Origin: Auanema rhodensis
Lineage: Eukaryota > Animalia > Nematoda
Assembly (NCBI GenBank): GCA_964057225.1
Contig: OZ059896.1
Location: forward strand, 14,012,001 to 14,076,000
Length of the DNA: 64,000 nucleotides
Reading direction: 5' to 3'
Each line of letters begins with the position of its first letter. Within the stretch, counting starts at the first letter, position 1. Below the pieces are notes generated by a model. It was not told the DNA's origin and did no database searches. It saw nothing but the letters and a program-made list of their open reading frames with translations. Shown one piece after another: positions 32,018-44,900 of the stretch. The position numbers were made by a program, and so were the translations under genes.

Positions 32018-35000
32018 TCAATTCGTCTTTCTCCCTTTCCTCTTCATTTTTCGTTCTCTAAAACCATGAAGTTTCAGAAGATGAATCCATTTGATGGAGT
32101 TGTCGTTATCGTTGTTCGACACTGTTTTCAATCTTATCAGCCATTTGTGATAATCACCCACTACTACTATCGTGCAAGTTTGTTCAAGATGGTAGAATTA
32201 TAAAGCAATGAGAGTTCTTAATAAAATATATATCAAAGGTAATATCAATGATACGATATAGAGAGTAAAGTAGAGAAACTTTTGCAAAATTGAACCGGAA
32301 AAAGGTCTAAATAAAGAAAAATCATTTTCTCTTTTAAACAGTATTTGAACGTCGTTTTGATATTAATCATACTACTATATCTTTGATCTTCATTCTACCT
32401 ATCTAATAACCTTTATTCTCATAGATACTTGATCAAGTCAACAGAATTGACCAACCGGCATTCCGTTATCATTGGCGTTGACCGTCTAAGACAAATGTCC
32501 TCCGTACCATTCCGCTTACCCTCTCATTAGATTGAGTCAAAATGATTTTCAATAGAATTTTATGAATGTAATTACACAAAGTATGAATAAAACGACATAT
32601 ACAGCGGGATAAATGACCGAAAGTTTCAAATTCTGAGGCAGTACAGAAAGAGAACATAAAAAGAAGGGAAGAGATATAAAGGAGTACGAGGTAAAAAGAG
32701 AATGAAGAAAAAAGTCAAAAAGAAGATAGTTAAGATAGACTCTGCGAGTTCAAAGCACCAACATCGGCAGGGAGTTAAAGCTAACAGGAAATATTGCTAA
32801 AAGAAACAATCAATTTAACAGTATGAAAGTATTAAATGCTCATAAATGATTAGAAAAAAAAGGAAATGATGTTCAAATCTTATCGTAAAAATAAAAGATA
32901 AGTGGTCAATGCTATATTATTCAAAAAAAAAGAAAAAAAATCAATAAACAACAAAATTACTATATGATAGTGACCACACGACAGACGTCGAGAACAGACA
33001 GAGATAGGTCGGTGCGGAACCATCCATCAATTGATCAACTGGACCATTGAAAGAAAGAAAATGACAAGAACACTGGTAAAAGACAATGGAAATTAGGAGA
33101 AATTAGACATATGCACAAGTGTGAGGAAAAAAAAGAAGAGCAATGTATATACGGCTATTTAATCAAAGAAAAATGAAAAGATGAGTGGAAAAAGTCACAA
33201 AATCGTCAGTCCAGTCCTGTTACTGGCTTGATATCTACACCTTCAATTTCTCTCTCATCCATCTTATATTCTGTACACTCTCTACTTTATTCTCTCTCCC
33301 TTCAAGCTCAAATGGATAGAAAAGCAAAAACAAGGGATAGCCCCGGAGTTTTCTAGCTGGGAAATAACTGAAGCGACTAGAAACGAATATGACAGAAAGA
33401 GCAATGAGGAAAGAAAATCCAGAAGTGGTGCTGCTCTATCTCTTGCTTACCGTCTAGAAATTTCAAATAATACTGACAACAAAAGCAAAATGTCAAGAAG
33501 AGTATTTATAAGAGAAGTTTCTAGAAGAAAACAATCTGCTTTTCGGCAGAAAAGCAAGAGAAATGTTACAAGAGGTGTTACCAGAATCTGGCTTGTACTC
33601 ACTGCTGTAACAATTGTCAGATAGTATATCGGTGGTTGCCGTTTAATTGTAGCAATCGTCTGACTGATTGGGGTGTTTTAAGTTTGAAAACAAGTTTAAA
33701 ATACTATTTTCAAAGTATGAAACAGCTGTACAATATCTAAACGATAAATGATGAGGGCTAAGTGAAACAGAGTTGAATTTGAGTAGAGCAAGCAATCAAA
33801 GTTGATGATAGCAAAAGCTTTGAGGTTTCGAGGTCGTAGCAGTTCAACAACACGAGTAGCATATAACTTCAAAAAAGATGAGCAGGGTGAGAGAAGAACA
33901 TTGAGAAGCTCGTAAGTAAGTAGTTAGTAGGCTGTAACAAGATGCAATTTATTGTGAAAAGGAAAAATAATAATACGTTTTGAAACTTTTCATGAAAATA
34001 AGACAATAAACTCTTTGAAACTATTGATAGATAAGCAGGTGAACGTAACAAGAGACAAAAAATATTTTTGCTTGTCAGATTGTGCATACCTTCTCTTAAG
34101 CATTTTCTTTGTTTAATGTCAAAAAAACGACAACAAATTGATTGATTAGGGTCAATAAATACAATAATAATAATAAATTTGAAAAAATTGACAATAATTG
34201 ATGAGACTATACGATTTATCTTTTCGAATATTAAGAATGATACCAGATTGTTTCTAAAGTTCATCTCGTAGTTTAATTCTAAGAAATCGAAGTTATGTAA
34301 ATTCCACTTCTTTCTCTTTACTTACTTCTCCCTCTCTATCGTTCCTCTTTTATTTTCTATCTCTGTTTCTCTCTACTTCTCTCTCTACCTTTGTTTCTCT
34401 CTCTTTCTTTTTTTCTTTCTCTCCCTCTCTCTTATTTTCTCTCGCTTCATCTCTCTTTCAATCTTCAAGGTCCTGCACCGAACATGTACGAATGAGCTTA
34501 TTCTTCACATGAAATTCACGATAAATGTTCCATGTTAGGTCAATCAGCCCATTGCCCAATCACGTGAAACATGGTTAATAAATTCTTTATTTTTCGTATC
34601 ACTGGCTGACGACTAACTGTAACAGTCAACGCTACCTCTTTCTATCTATCTCTATACCTCTCTCTCTCGTTCTGTCTTCTGCGCTTATCTTATTTCTCCT
34701 ATAAAATTTTTCATGCACGCCTATGCAGGCAAACTTCTCATCTGCTTACTCTATTGTTAAACACTCTTTTCTTGATAATTGCCCGCACCACCACCATCAC
34801 GATATCAGCCTCACCATTGCCTATGTCGTTCTCTCTTCTTATTCTCGTCTTATCAGGTCCTTCCCCAAAAACTTTATTAAAGAATCTTTTTATTTTATTT
34901 CTTTTCCCTGTTTTCTTTCTTGCAAATATCTATTTGATATGGTTGATAACAATTAAACGGTCATTTCCTTCTTAGGTCAAATCAGCAAAAACAATTATTT

Positions 35001-35259
35001 TTTTTAGGAAAATATGCAAAAGAAACTTTTAATCTATTTGAATGTATGATAAAAGAACATTATTTCACCTGTTTGGTCTAATAAATATAATAAAAATCTG
35101 CTATATATAAATAAATGTTTATTATTAGAAGTTGAGCACACATAACAAAGTTAAATAAATTATAAACTTGGATTGGTATATACACGTGGAGATTGTAGTA
35201 AGGGGTGAAAAGATTGAAAAATCTTGCGTTGTACACGTATTGTTTTGGGAGTTGTATTT

Positions 35260-38200
35260 CTAGAATTTTGGTGGAGGAATGGTTGGAAGAGGCTTGAATA
35301 AATCCTTGAAAGATTTATCAAACTTCTCAAAAACTTCTTGAATTGTGGGCAATGGAGCGAAAGTTGGAAGTGGTGCAAGGGTCGACACGGCTGGTAAGGT
35401 TGGAAGTCCTAATGGATTACGTTCGTCCTTATCCTGAGCATGTGATTTTTCTTTTTTTACTGTTGGAGCCTTCTGAATTTATTTATTTTAGTAAAATTTA
35501 ATCGAGTAACAACATTGTTTTTATCAACAATTGTGTTTTGAATTAAAATTTTCCGCATAGTTTATCAATAATTTGCACTTAAAGTTTCTGAAGTAATACT
35601 GATCTTCGATTACTTTTCAGCAAAAAGTTTTCAATACTTTTATTAAAAAAATAATTAACGAAAGTTCTTAAAATAGCTTACCTTAATTGGTTTTACTGTT
35701 GTGCTCGTAGTAGTACTGGCAATAGTAGTTGATTTTTCTACAGTAACCTTAGGGACTTCATCGGACTTTTGTTCAGCATTACGGTTCTGTTTCCTCAGGC
35801 TCTTCAATTGCTGCTCAACCTTGGCATGATGAACTTGAGCTGACTTCTTGGAGTTCTTCTCTTTCTTCTCGATCTTATCCAAAGCTAAATGTTGGCGATA
35901 CAGACGTCGTCGTTGTTGGCGTTTAACATGCTTATCATCAAGATCCAATACTTCTAATTCCAACTTTTCTAGCTTCTTTTTGGATTTATTGAATGATTCT
36001 AGATTTTGAGCTGCTAATGTTTCTCTTCTCAATGCTCTAAGTTGCACTCTTTTCGCTTTTCTTATTAACTTTCGTAATTGCTTTCTTTCTGACTTTCTTT
36101 TATGCTTTCTTCGTTTGTTTGAGTTTAAATATTTTAATTTTGAAGTAAGTTTAGAGAACTTACGCTCTTCATCAGATGTCTTCACATCCTTATGTGACGT
36201 TATCTTTTTCTCAATTGCTTCAGGCTGTTTCTTAACGACATCAACCTTCTTCACAACTTCAGACTTCACTGTGACTGCTTTCTGCTCAGCTAGTCTATCC
36301 GTATCCTCCTCCCCAGAGCTTTCGACGTCTTCATCCTTTGCAACAGTCTTTCGTTTTTGTTTTGTGTTATTAGAACTTTGATCAATCTTGGCCTCTTCGG
36401 TTGTTGTTCTAACAGATGGCTCAGTTGCAGTATGAAGAATTCCCTGTACTTATCGTAAAGTATGATTTTCAAAAAGTATGAAAAATCACCTCTTTCTGAG
36501 CTTGGTCAAGAACAACATCACTGATGCGTTTGAATAGGTCTTCTTGTTCTTTTTCATCCATCATTACAACATCGTCCTATACATTGATAAGAATGAATCA
36601 TTGATAGTATTTTTCTCTTTCTCTCTGTCTATATTTCTCTCTTTCCTTTTCTTTCTATCTATCCCACTCTCTCACATATGCATTCTATATCTTTTATTTC
36701 TGTTTAAAAGAAGAAAAAACAATTTGCTTATAATCTGAAACGGTCACTTTTTCGTTCTTTGAGCTCAATTTCTTCTAGAATTGAACAACAATTTATCTAA
36801 TCAGTTGAGTTGATAAAGCGTTATCGTTGTTCATTTTTCATTTGGTGACACTACTTTCTGTGTCTTTTTTTTTGAATAAAAATGAAAGTTCGAATAGTAA
36901 ATGTAACCTGTTGGGCATTTGCAACTTCGTCTCCGGCTTCTAGACGGGCAAATTCACGAGCATTAGCTTTCTTGATAACTTGTTCCATACGTTCCAATAA
37001 GCTTAACTTGGCTTTGTTCTCTAGCACAGACCTGAAATTTTTTTAAATTATCAGGTTATTACTATTGAAAGGTAATTAATCTCACTTAAGATCATCGTGG
37101 CTGGCACGGGCTAGAAATACACGCAAAGTCTGGAGGAACTTCTTGATGTGTTCTTCACGTTCCTTGGGAATGGTTGGCTTTTGAAGTTTGGAATCATCTT
37201 CTTTCTCGTCCTGTTCTTCTTCTCCACTGCCTTCAATTATGCTGGACGAGTCCTTCTCATCGTTCTCATTGCTCTCATCGCTTTCATCACTGTCATCTTC
37301 ATTCTCCTCACAATCATCATCCTTTGCTGGAGGCTCAATGTCGGCTCGTGGCTGAAACAAAAGTAATTTTCCAAAGATGAGATCAAACTTCAAACCATTG
37401 ATTGCTCCTCTTTAGAATCGAAATCTTTCTCTAGGTCATCGGTTACAACATTGTTCTTAACTCCTGCAACTTTTGGCTTCTTGTCATCAGATTTCTTATG
37501 ATTTTTCTGAACATCTGTGTTCAAAGTAGCAAGTTTTTTGGAATTCACTGAGTCTTTTGCGGCGTCAGTTGTTAGCAAATTATCTTCTGGACTGGAAGTT
37601 TTCTCCTCTTTGTTGACCTTTTCATCTCCAGGAACTTTGATTTTCTCGATATCCGCTAACATCTTCTCCATGTTGTCAATGATAGTTTGAAGTTTTTTAG
37701 GATCTTCTACTGTGATAGGTTCCTGCAGTAGCATGTATTGAGTATGAGATCACAAAACAATGATTATACCTCGGCATTGATATCTGATCGGTCAACCAAG
37801 TGTCCGCTTCCTTCGATTTCACTAAGTTCTTTCAAGTTTTTTGCTGGCGCTCTATGAACTTTAAGATCCTCAAATAGAAAATTCTTAAATTAACGATGTC
37901 TCAAAGTATTTTGCGAACCTGGAAATCGGCTCCTTGTTCTCCATCTTCTTCTGAAGAACGTGCAGTTTTAGCTACAGGTTTTTCCGGCAACACAGATGGA
38001 ACCTTAGAAAGTTGATTCAAGACGTTTTCGACTTGATCTTGCTCTTCACTGGAGCTGAGCTTAACAGGGATGGAAGCCAATTCTTTGCGTTCAGCTGAAG
38101 TGATATTCAGCTCCTTGCTAGACTCTTTACTATTGTCAGCATCATCATTATCATAGTAATCAGGGACCGGCTTTTCCGTAGAAGTCTTATCTCCCTTTCC

Positions 38201-38962
38201 GATACCAAAATAATCAAAAAGAGACTCCAATCTACTCCAGAAGAAGTTATCAGAACGCTGTTGCTAAAATCAGAAAAAAATAAGTGCGCTTTGCTGATTC
38301 AATTAACTTTCTCGTGGGTGTTGTTAGTTCTCTGGCAGATAAAACGAGCTAGGTGAACTTTATCGCAAGCAACTTGAGCCAGTTGACTATTATTCAGTTG
38401 AAGAAGAGCACAAGTCTCATCTAATTCTGGGTCTTTATGCCATGATCTAGAAATAAAGCATCAGTATCTTCGGAAAAAAACTCACTTACACAGTATCTGT
38501 CTTCAATTCTGCTCCGTCAACCCATTTCCATTGATGATCAGACTTGAGGGCTCCAATCTGGACAACTCGTTCAGTTCCTTCGGATACAATTGGATTGTAA
38601 TGGCTCAACAGCCATTTCTAAACAATTAAGAAAAAATAAACTTTAATTTTGCATTTTATTTAACACCAGTTGATCCTTATTCTTAATGAGAGCCAAATCA
38701 GAATTACGAGCTAAACAGTATTCACGAGCTGAAAGCCAATTCTGCTCTCCGACGTGGAACTGATAGAGGTGAGTGTCGGGTCCTTGAATCCATTCCAATG
38801 GATGTGAATTTAATGCATCCTGACGATGCTATATAAATAAAAACTCGAAGCTTCAAAAAATTTACATACTTTTAATCTTGGAACAGCTAAAAGAATCTGG
38901 TCATCAAAGACGGGAGCGGATGAAGTTACGCCTATTAAGGCGCAGAGGACGAGCAATCTCAT
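35260..38962 (-). CDS. clec-180: Secreted C-type lectin with a long charged low-complexity tail (clec-180-like), multi-exon
   Basis: Signal MRLLVLCALIGVTSSA; CTLD NWLSAREYCLARNSDLA, WKWVDG, CALLQ...C...RFICQR; QQRSDNFFWSRLESLFDYFGI; acidic and basic exons; last exon LPTLP...PPPKF*. Orthology recalled from memory. Confidence 0.75.
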
Positions 38963-41900
38963 ACCTTTAAATAACAGTTTAAAACCGATTAAATTGTACC
39001 AACAACAACATGAAGAATAAGATACTGTTGAAAAGAGATGAGAAAAGTGTATGAAAACAAAAGGAAAAACAGAGTTTCAAAGCCATATCGCTTTTGGCAA
39101 ATCTTTTCAGGAACTGCTCGAACAGATAGCTCGTATCAAAGTTGCGGTCATTGATTCGTAGATGGACCTTCACGTATAGCCATACTGTCGTTGCACAGAT
39201 ACAATAGAGACGATGAAGGGGTTGCAACCGTCAGAGCTGCTGTTGACGATTGCAAGTGAGGACGATGAGAGCCTGCCTCCTCGAAGCCGTTGTGGTTGAC
39301 GTCTGGATAAAGATGTCAGAGGTTTTCCTACAGTCATCCGCACCCATAAATGGGGCCAGTTGTGTTAGATGGTTTGACAATGAAATGGAAAACGAGCGGA
39401 TTTTCGGGGTCAGCAACAACATCATCGTCGCCGACTAGCATGAGACTTAGCGATCTCGTCATCGTTGCCGGATACAGATTCCTCTTAATCATACTGATTC
39501 AACTCTCGGACATCATGTCTAACTGGAGACATGGCGTTGATTCGATTTATCGATAGTGATATGAAGAAGGAAAATGTTAATTAAACTTATTAAGAAACAA
39601 GAATACAAAGCTAGTTGTAAGCGTGGTAAACTTCAGAATCCATCGAACATGGGCATGGGAATTCGCGAAACTATGCAAATCTTTGCATTTGTAACTAAAT
39701 TTTGTATTTTCTTTTTGTAAAAATTTTGAGACTTGGTGTAACTTAATTGTTCATATAATTAGCATATAGATATAAAAAAATTATGCGTCAATTAGCATAC
39801 GTGATTCGCACGTGAAATCAGTCATTAACATCATTATCATCTTTTGCAGGTTCAAATATCGGTTGTTCACATGTGATTTTTACTTGTAATTTATCATTTT
39901 TCAATTAGATTTTTAGAAAAAAAATCGTTTTTCTTGTGATAGAGAAGATTAATTTCGGTTCATGTTGAAGGAATAGAAAAAGACCTTGGCCTACGAGGTA
40001 GTGGAGGACGAATGGCATTTTATTTTTTACTAGATTGTTTCATAAGCACCAATAGTTTTTATTTTTTGAAGTTTCTTTTTTCAGGTTTTAGTAAAAGTTT
40101 GACTGATTTAAAAACTATAATTTAAGATGTCCAATTGATTTTTTAATCCGTTTTCACTTTTTTCTGTTCAATGAGCTCTTTGTAGCCAATATAAAAGTCA
40201 TCATCAAGCCGGATTTGATGAAGACAACGGGAGTGCTAATTCATCACCTTAAAGATCAGTAAGATGATTGGCTGGTACAAATTAACCAGAGAAAGGATAG
40301 TCTTTTCTTTCTTATTTTTAATTTGAAAAAAAAAGAAATGAAAAAGAGGATTATTTGTTGTTTTACCATGAAACACAGATTATATCAAGTTAATTGATGA
40401 ATTGTTAAAATATGTAACTTAGTTTTTATCATTTAATTAAGATAATTATATTAGTTATAACGGATGTATAATTGACAATCATGTTTATATAATTATATTA
40501 TCAATTAACCATTGATTATACATATGGGAATAGATTATTCTGGATAATTAAATAATCATAAAAAACATTTGCTGTTCATCTTTCGCTGGTTCAAACATTC
40601 TCAAAAAATATCCAAGGAAATGTAGATCATCCTAATGACATGATACTTTTTCTTCTTTCTTCCTTTCTTTTTTTGTGGAACATCGATTAATTACATTCGA
40701 TAATATTCAGACCATTAAAGATATTATGTTTTTTAATCTAATTATTTTTTAATACTATACATATAGTTTAATAAAAAAATACAAAAAAAAGTATTAACAT
40801 TTATGAATGTGATAAGTAAAATTGATAAAAGATATGTGAAAGTATTATCAAACAAGTTTTTTTCTCATATAATAACTGTCTTGTTTTACTATTAATATAT
40901 AATATCTTTCATTATATAATATTATTTTATTATAATTGATCGTTGTTCTGTCAATTTTTTCCATCATTTTCTTAACTGCGTGTATGATAGAGATAGTATA
41001 AAAACATAGTGACATAGTATATATCAAATACATTTCTTTATATTCTTTCACACCTTTTTTGTAAAATTCATTTTAATAATAAAATTCTCTTATTTATTCC
41101 CATATTTTAGAAAATGATCATTATGATGACAAAGAAGAAGGTGAAGAAATTGCAGTAGACCATCTAAGAAATCAAGTATTTACAATGTACTCTACGAAGA
41201 TGAAAACATCTTGAAATACAAGTAGTAATATCAATTGTAACCTATAAAACTATTTAAAACCTACAACTAATAAACATGTTTTATAACTATTTTAAGAAAT
41301 TAAATAAACAAACTTGAAATTTGCTTTTAATTAATTCAAAACAATTAATCTTTACATTCTGTCTCTTGTATATATATATATATACATACATATATGTGTA
41401 TGTTTAAGTGAAAAGAAGAAAACTTTCTTTTTTTTTTGAAACAATAACTGAAAAACAGACACATGATTCTTCATCTAATGTCAAATAGTAATACAAGTGC
41501 AAATGTATTATGAATCAACCAATAAAACAAGATTCTCATTTAGGTACTTGACTAATAAAGAAAAAATATTAAAATAACCATAGAATTATAGTGGAAAGGT
41601 GAAGAAAGGAGGGGACGGGGAAAGAAAGACTGAAAATAAATAATTTTATTCATAGAATCAGTTTTATTATAATAAACTAATTTATTATTTTAATTAGTTT
41701 ATCGATGCTTATTGCCTTCGTAATGAGATTATATGGAGAAAAAAACATAAAAGTTTCGATAGTCTAGATGAGAGTAGGTGAGAAAATGATGAATAAAGAG
41801 AAAGTGAAATTGGATATAATCTTGAAAGCATATTTCCATATAAATACAAATAAATTTATTGATATACTATAATTACTAATATATAATACATACATACATA

Positions 41901-44900
41901 TATGTATGTATATCATATAACATCATATCCTCATTTTATTCCTAGGTCAAATCGTTTCAATCATAAATTTTTTTTTCTTCTTTATAATTTGAATAATCAA
42001 TTTAAAATGAATAGAAATTTTATAAAAAGTTTATTGATACTGTACAACTGAATTGAAATATGTGATGAGGAATCCGATTACTCATAATACTTTTTCATAT
42101 TTATTACTTATAAAAGGCAAAAAGAGAAAGAAAAAAGTTTTTTTTCGTCTAACTGTATGTTGGATTGAATTGAGAATTTAAAAGTCAAATCCTCCTAACA
42201 TATGTGATTTATAATAACCTTCAATGGATATCAGGTTATTCACTGACATTGCGACAATTTTTTTCAGAATATTTATGAACTTTAGAAACTTTCAAACGTC
42301 TGGATTCTCTCTCTTTCTATTGTATTCTATCGTTTAGTCTCTTTTACTTCTTTTCTCTTTTCCTCTTTAACTCTGAACATCTAACTCATATTGGACTTGC
42401 TGTTTCCTCTAGTCACTGGACATCTCGATCTGCTTGCTATAAACCATCTGTTTGAATTCACTACAAATCACATTCTGATACTGATTTATTGCAGGAGGTT
42501 TAGGAATCAACCTCTTCCTTTTGACTACAAGAAATATGTTCCAAAAGCTTTTATAGTAACATACTATACTATAACATCCGAGACAATAGCGCTGTTAGGC
42601 CATTAAGCACGACAGAATCTGGATTCAAAAGAGAGAAAGAGCTATAGATTTCTATATTGCTCTTGTCATCCCTATCTCTTTTGCACAGTCTCTATTCAAG
42701 ATTTGTTTACGTATTAACAGATCATTTGTGACGTAGCTGAATCTAAACTATGTTGCTTGCATAGATGAGTCTGATCTTATATTTAAGTTTCGCCATCACC
42801 CTCAAACCCTAAAAGTAGTAAGAATAAAGCTTTTCTTCAACATTTCTCTTTCTTTCCATTCATTTCTGGAGTTTTTATATTTGAAACGAATGTTTAATCA
42901 TATTAAAGTAATTATTGTTGCAGGAATTCTCTCACAGTTTATTTCTGAAAAATAAAATTTATTTTGAGCTATTCTCTTCTTTTTTTTCAAGATGGTTGCG
43001 AATAACTCTCAGCAAGTCATGTATAACCGATTTTTTCATTGAGTGGGTATGAACCGTCCATATCTCGCGTGTATCGCAACTATCAGGCTCTACATTTGAG
43101 AATCCTTTAGCTTTGAGAATCGGTAGCTCATTGTGGCGACTCAAATTTTGATTGAAATAGTGGAAATGAAAGTAGGAAGAATAGTGTGAAGGTTGTTTGC
43201 TTGATTCGACGTTATCACTTTTATCTCGCGTCAGCCGAGGAAACACATGCCCTCTGACACTGAACGGATATCTATTTCCCTTCAATACCTGCTGTCAAGA
43301 AAATTATTTCGAAATTATTCTTCAATTTCAAGTCAGCTATCCGCAACTTCAATTTAAAAAATTTTTTTTGTATTATCTTCATGATTCATGTCACATGGTC
43401 ATCTGTAATAACTATCTAGTATACATACTGGATACTAACTGACTGGCAAAATATTCTAGTTCTTTTTCTTCACAAATTCACCATTCATTTCATTTGTTTA
43501 AATGTTTTTTTTGCACTTTAAACATCATTTATTAATCTCAATTCACACCTGTTACCATGAAAATGAGAGAGAGAGAGAGAAAGAAAGAAAAGGTTTGTTG
43601 AATGAATATGCCATATAGTTATTTTATATATAGTAACTTCATACCTATAAAGCTTCTAAAATTATTGTCTTTCTTTTAGTAATAGGCTTTTCAAACTTTT
43701 TTCGACATTTCATATCCATGCAAGCATCTGTAACGCCATTTGCCACAAGTTTTATGAGGTCTCGAGTCATTTGTTCTAACATTTCTTCTGCGTGTGGCCG
43801 TGAAGAATTTAAGAGCACCTAGATCGAACAGACGGTCAGCAAGATATTTCTAATTTTTTTTACAATTTTCTGAGTTTTTCCACCTTAGTCAAATTGCAAA
43901 CAATTTAAGAAATGTGATTGGAAATGTCTGCACACTTGTTAAAGGACCAGTTACATCTAAAGCTTTCATTACGTTGTATTTTATGATTCGTTCTTGTTTT
44001 TTTCTTTCTCAATTAAAATCATCCAAAAATGTCATTTAGAACTTTTTATTCTCCCTTATTTCAAATTCTTCAAATTTACTTTGGAAATTTTAAGATGATT
44101 GCTTAAATAGAAAATGTCTTGTATTCTATACCGTATTCTCTTTGGGGTTTTCAAATTTGGACCTCAAGTTCAATGTATCTTCATCCATTTTTTTTATACT
44201 TTCCTACAAAGACTGTTTAGAACTTTCTACTTTCTCTTTAAACAATCCTTTCTCTACTCTTCTCGCCATAAATCCATCTGAATAACATTCGAAGCATTTC
44301 GTTTGTTCCAAAAGGTCAACCATTTGCTGCTTTTTTCTGTCAAAAAAATGTAAAAGCCGTTTTCATCTTCTTCTGCTTATTCAATGGACACTGAAAACTT
44401 TTGAAAACTAAAACAATATGTGACTGATATCTACAACATTGGTGGAAAAAATAAATTTTTCACAAAATATCAGAGAGTAATGCTTGAAAGTTGAATGAAA
44501 CAAACTTGCAACTTCTAAAAACGATTATAATCCCTCTCTAGATCTTCATTCCTAACTGATTTAAGCCAGCAAGCTCTTGAACTTCGTTTTATTTTATTTG
44601 AATGACTCCAACAGTGCTTGTAACTGAAGTGGAAGAGGAAACGATCAAGACGTTTCTCCGAAATCTTATACATCTTGCCGGAGGCGTCATCTTACGCAAT
44701 AACCTCGTCTGGTTGTAGCATGAATGAACCATTATGGTAGCTGAGGAATGTAGTTCTCAGGCCAAATTCGAGCTGATTGAGGAAGGTCACTATTTCCCTA
44801 CGCACAGACAAACGTCTTCATCATCCGGAACTATTATATTTGTCTTTTATGAAATCCAAGTTGTCGATGAGAACATCAAAGACAGTACCACCGAAATAGA

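Noticed and set aside
21729-34975. Numerous SLSLSL/ERERER and Phe/Leu-rich ORFs
   Set aside because: Translations of (GA/TC)n microsatellites and AT-rich non-coding DNA; no consistent splice structure.
39231-39556. GC-richer block with overlapping short ORFs upstream of clec-180-like
   Set aside because: No domain or coherent exon structure found by eye; cannot support a call.
40300-42300. Possible piRNA (21U) cluster in the very AT-rich stretch
   Set aside because: No visible clustering of the CTGTTTCA motif; small-RNA data would be needed.
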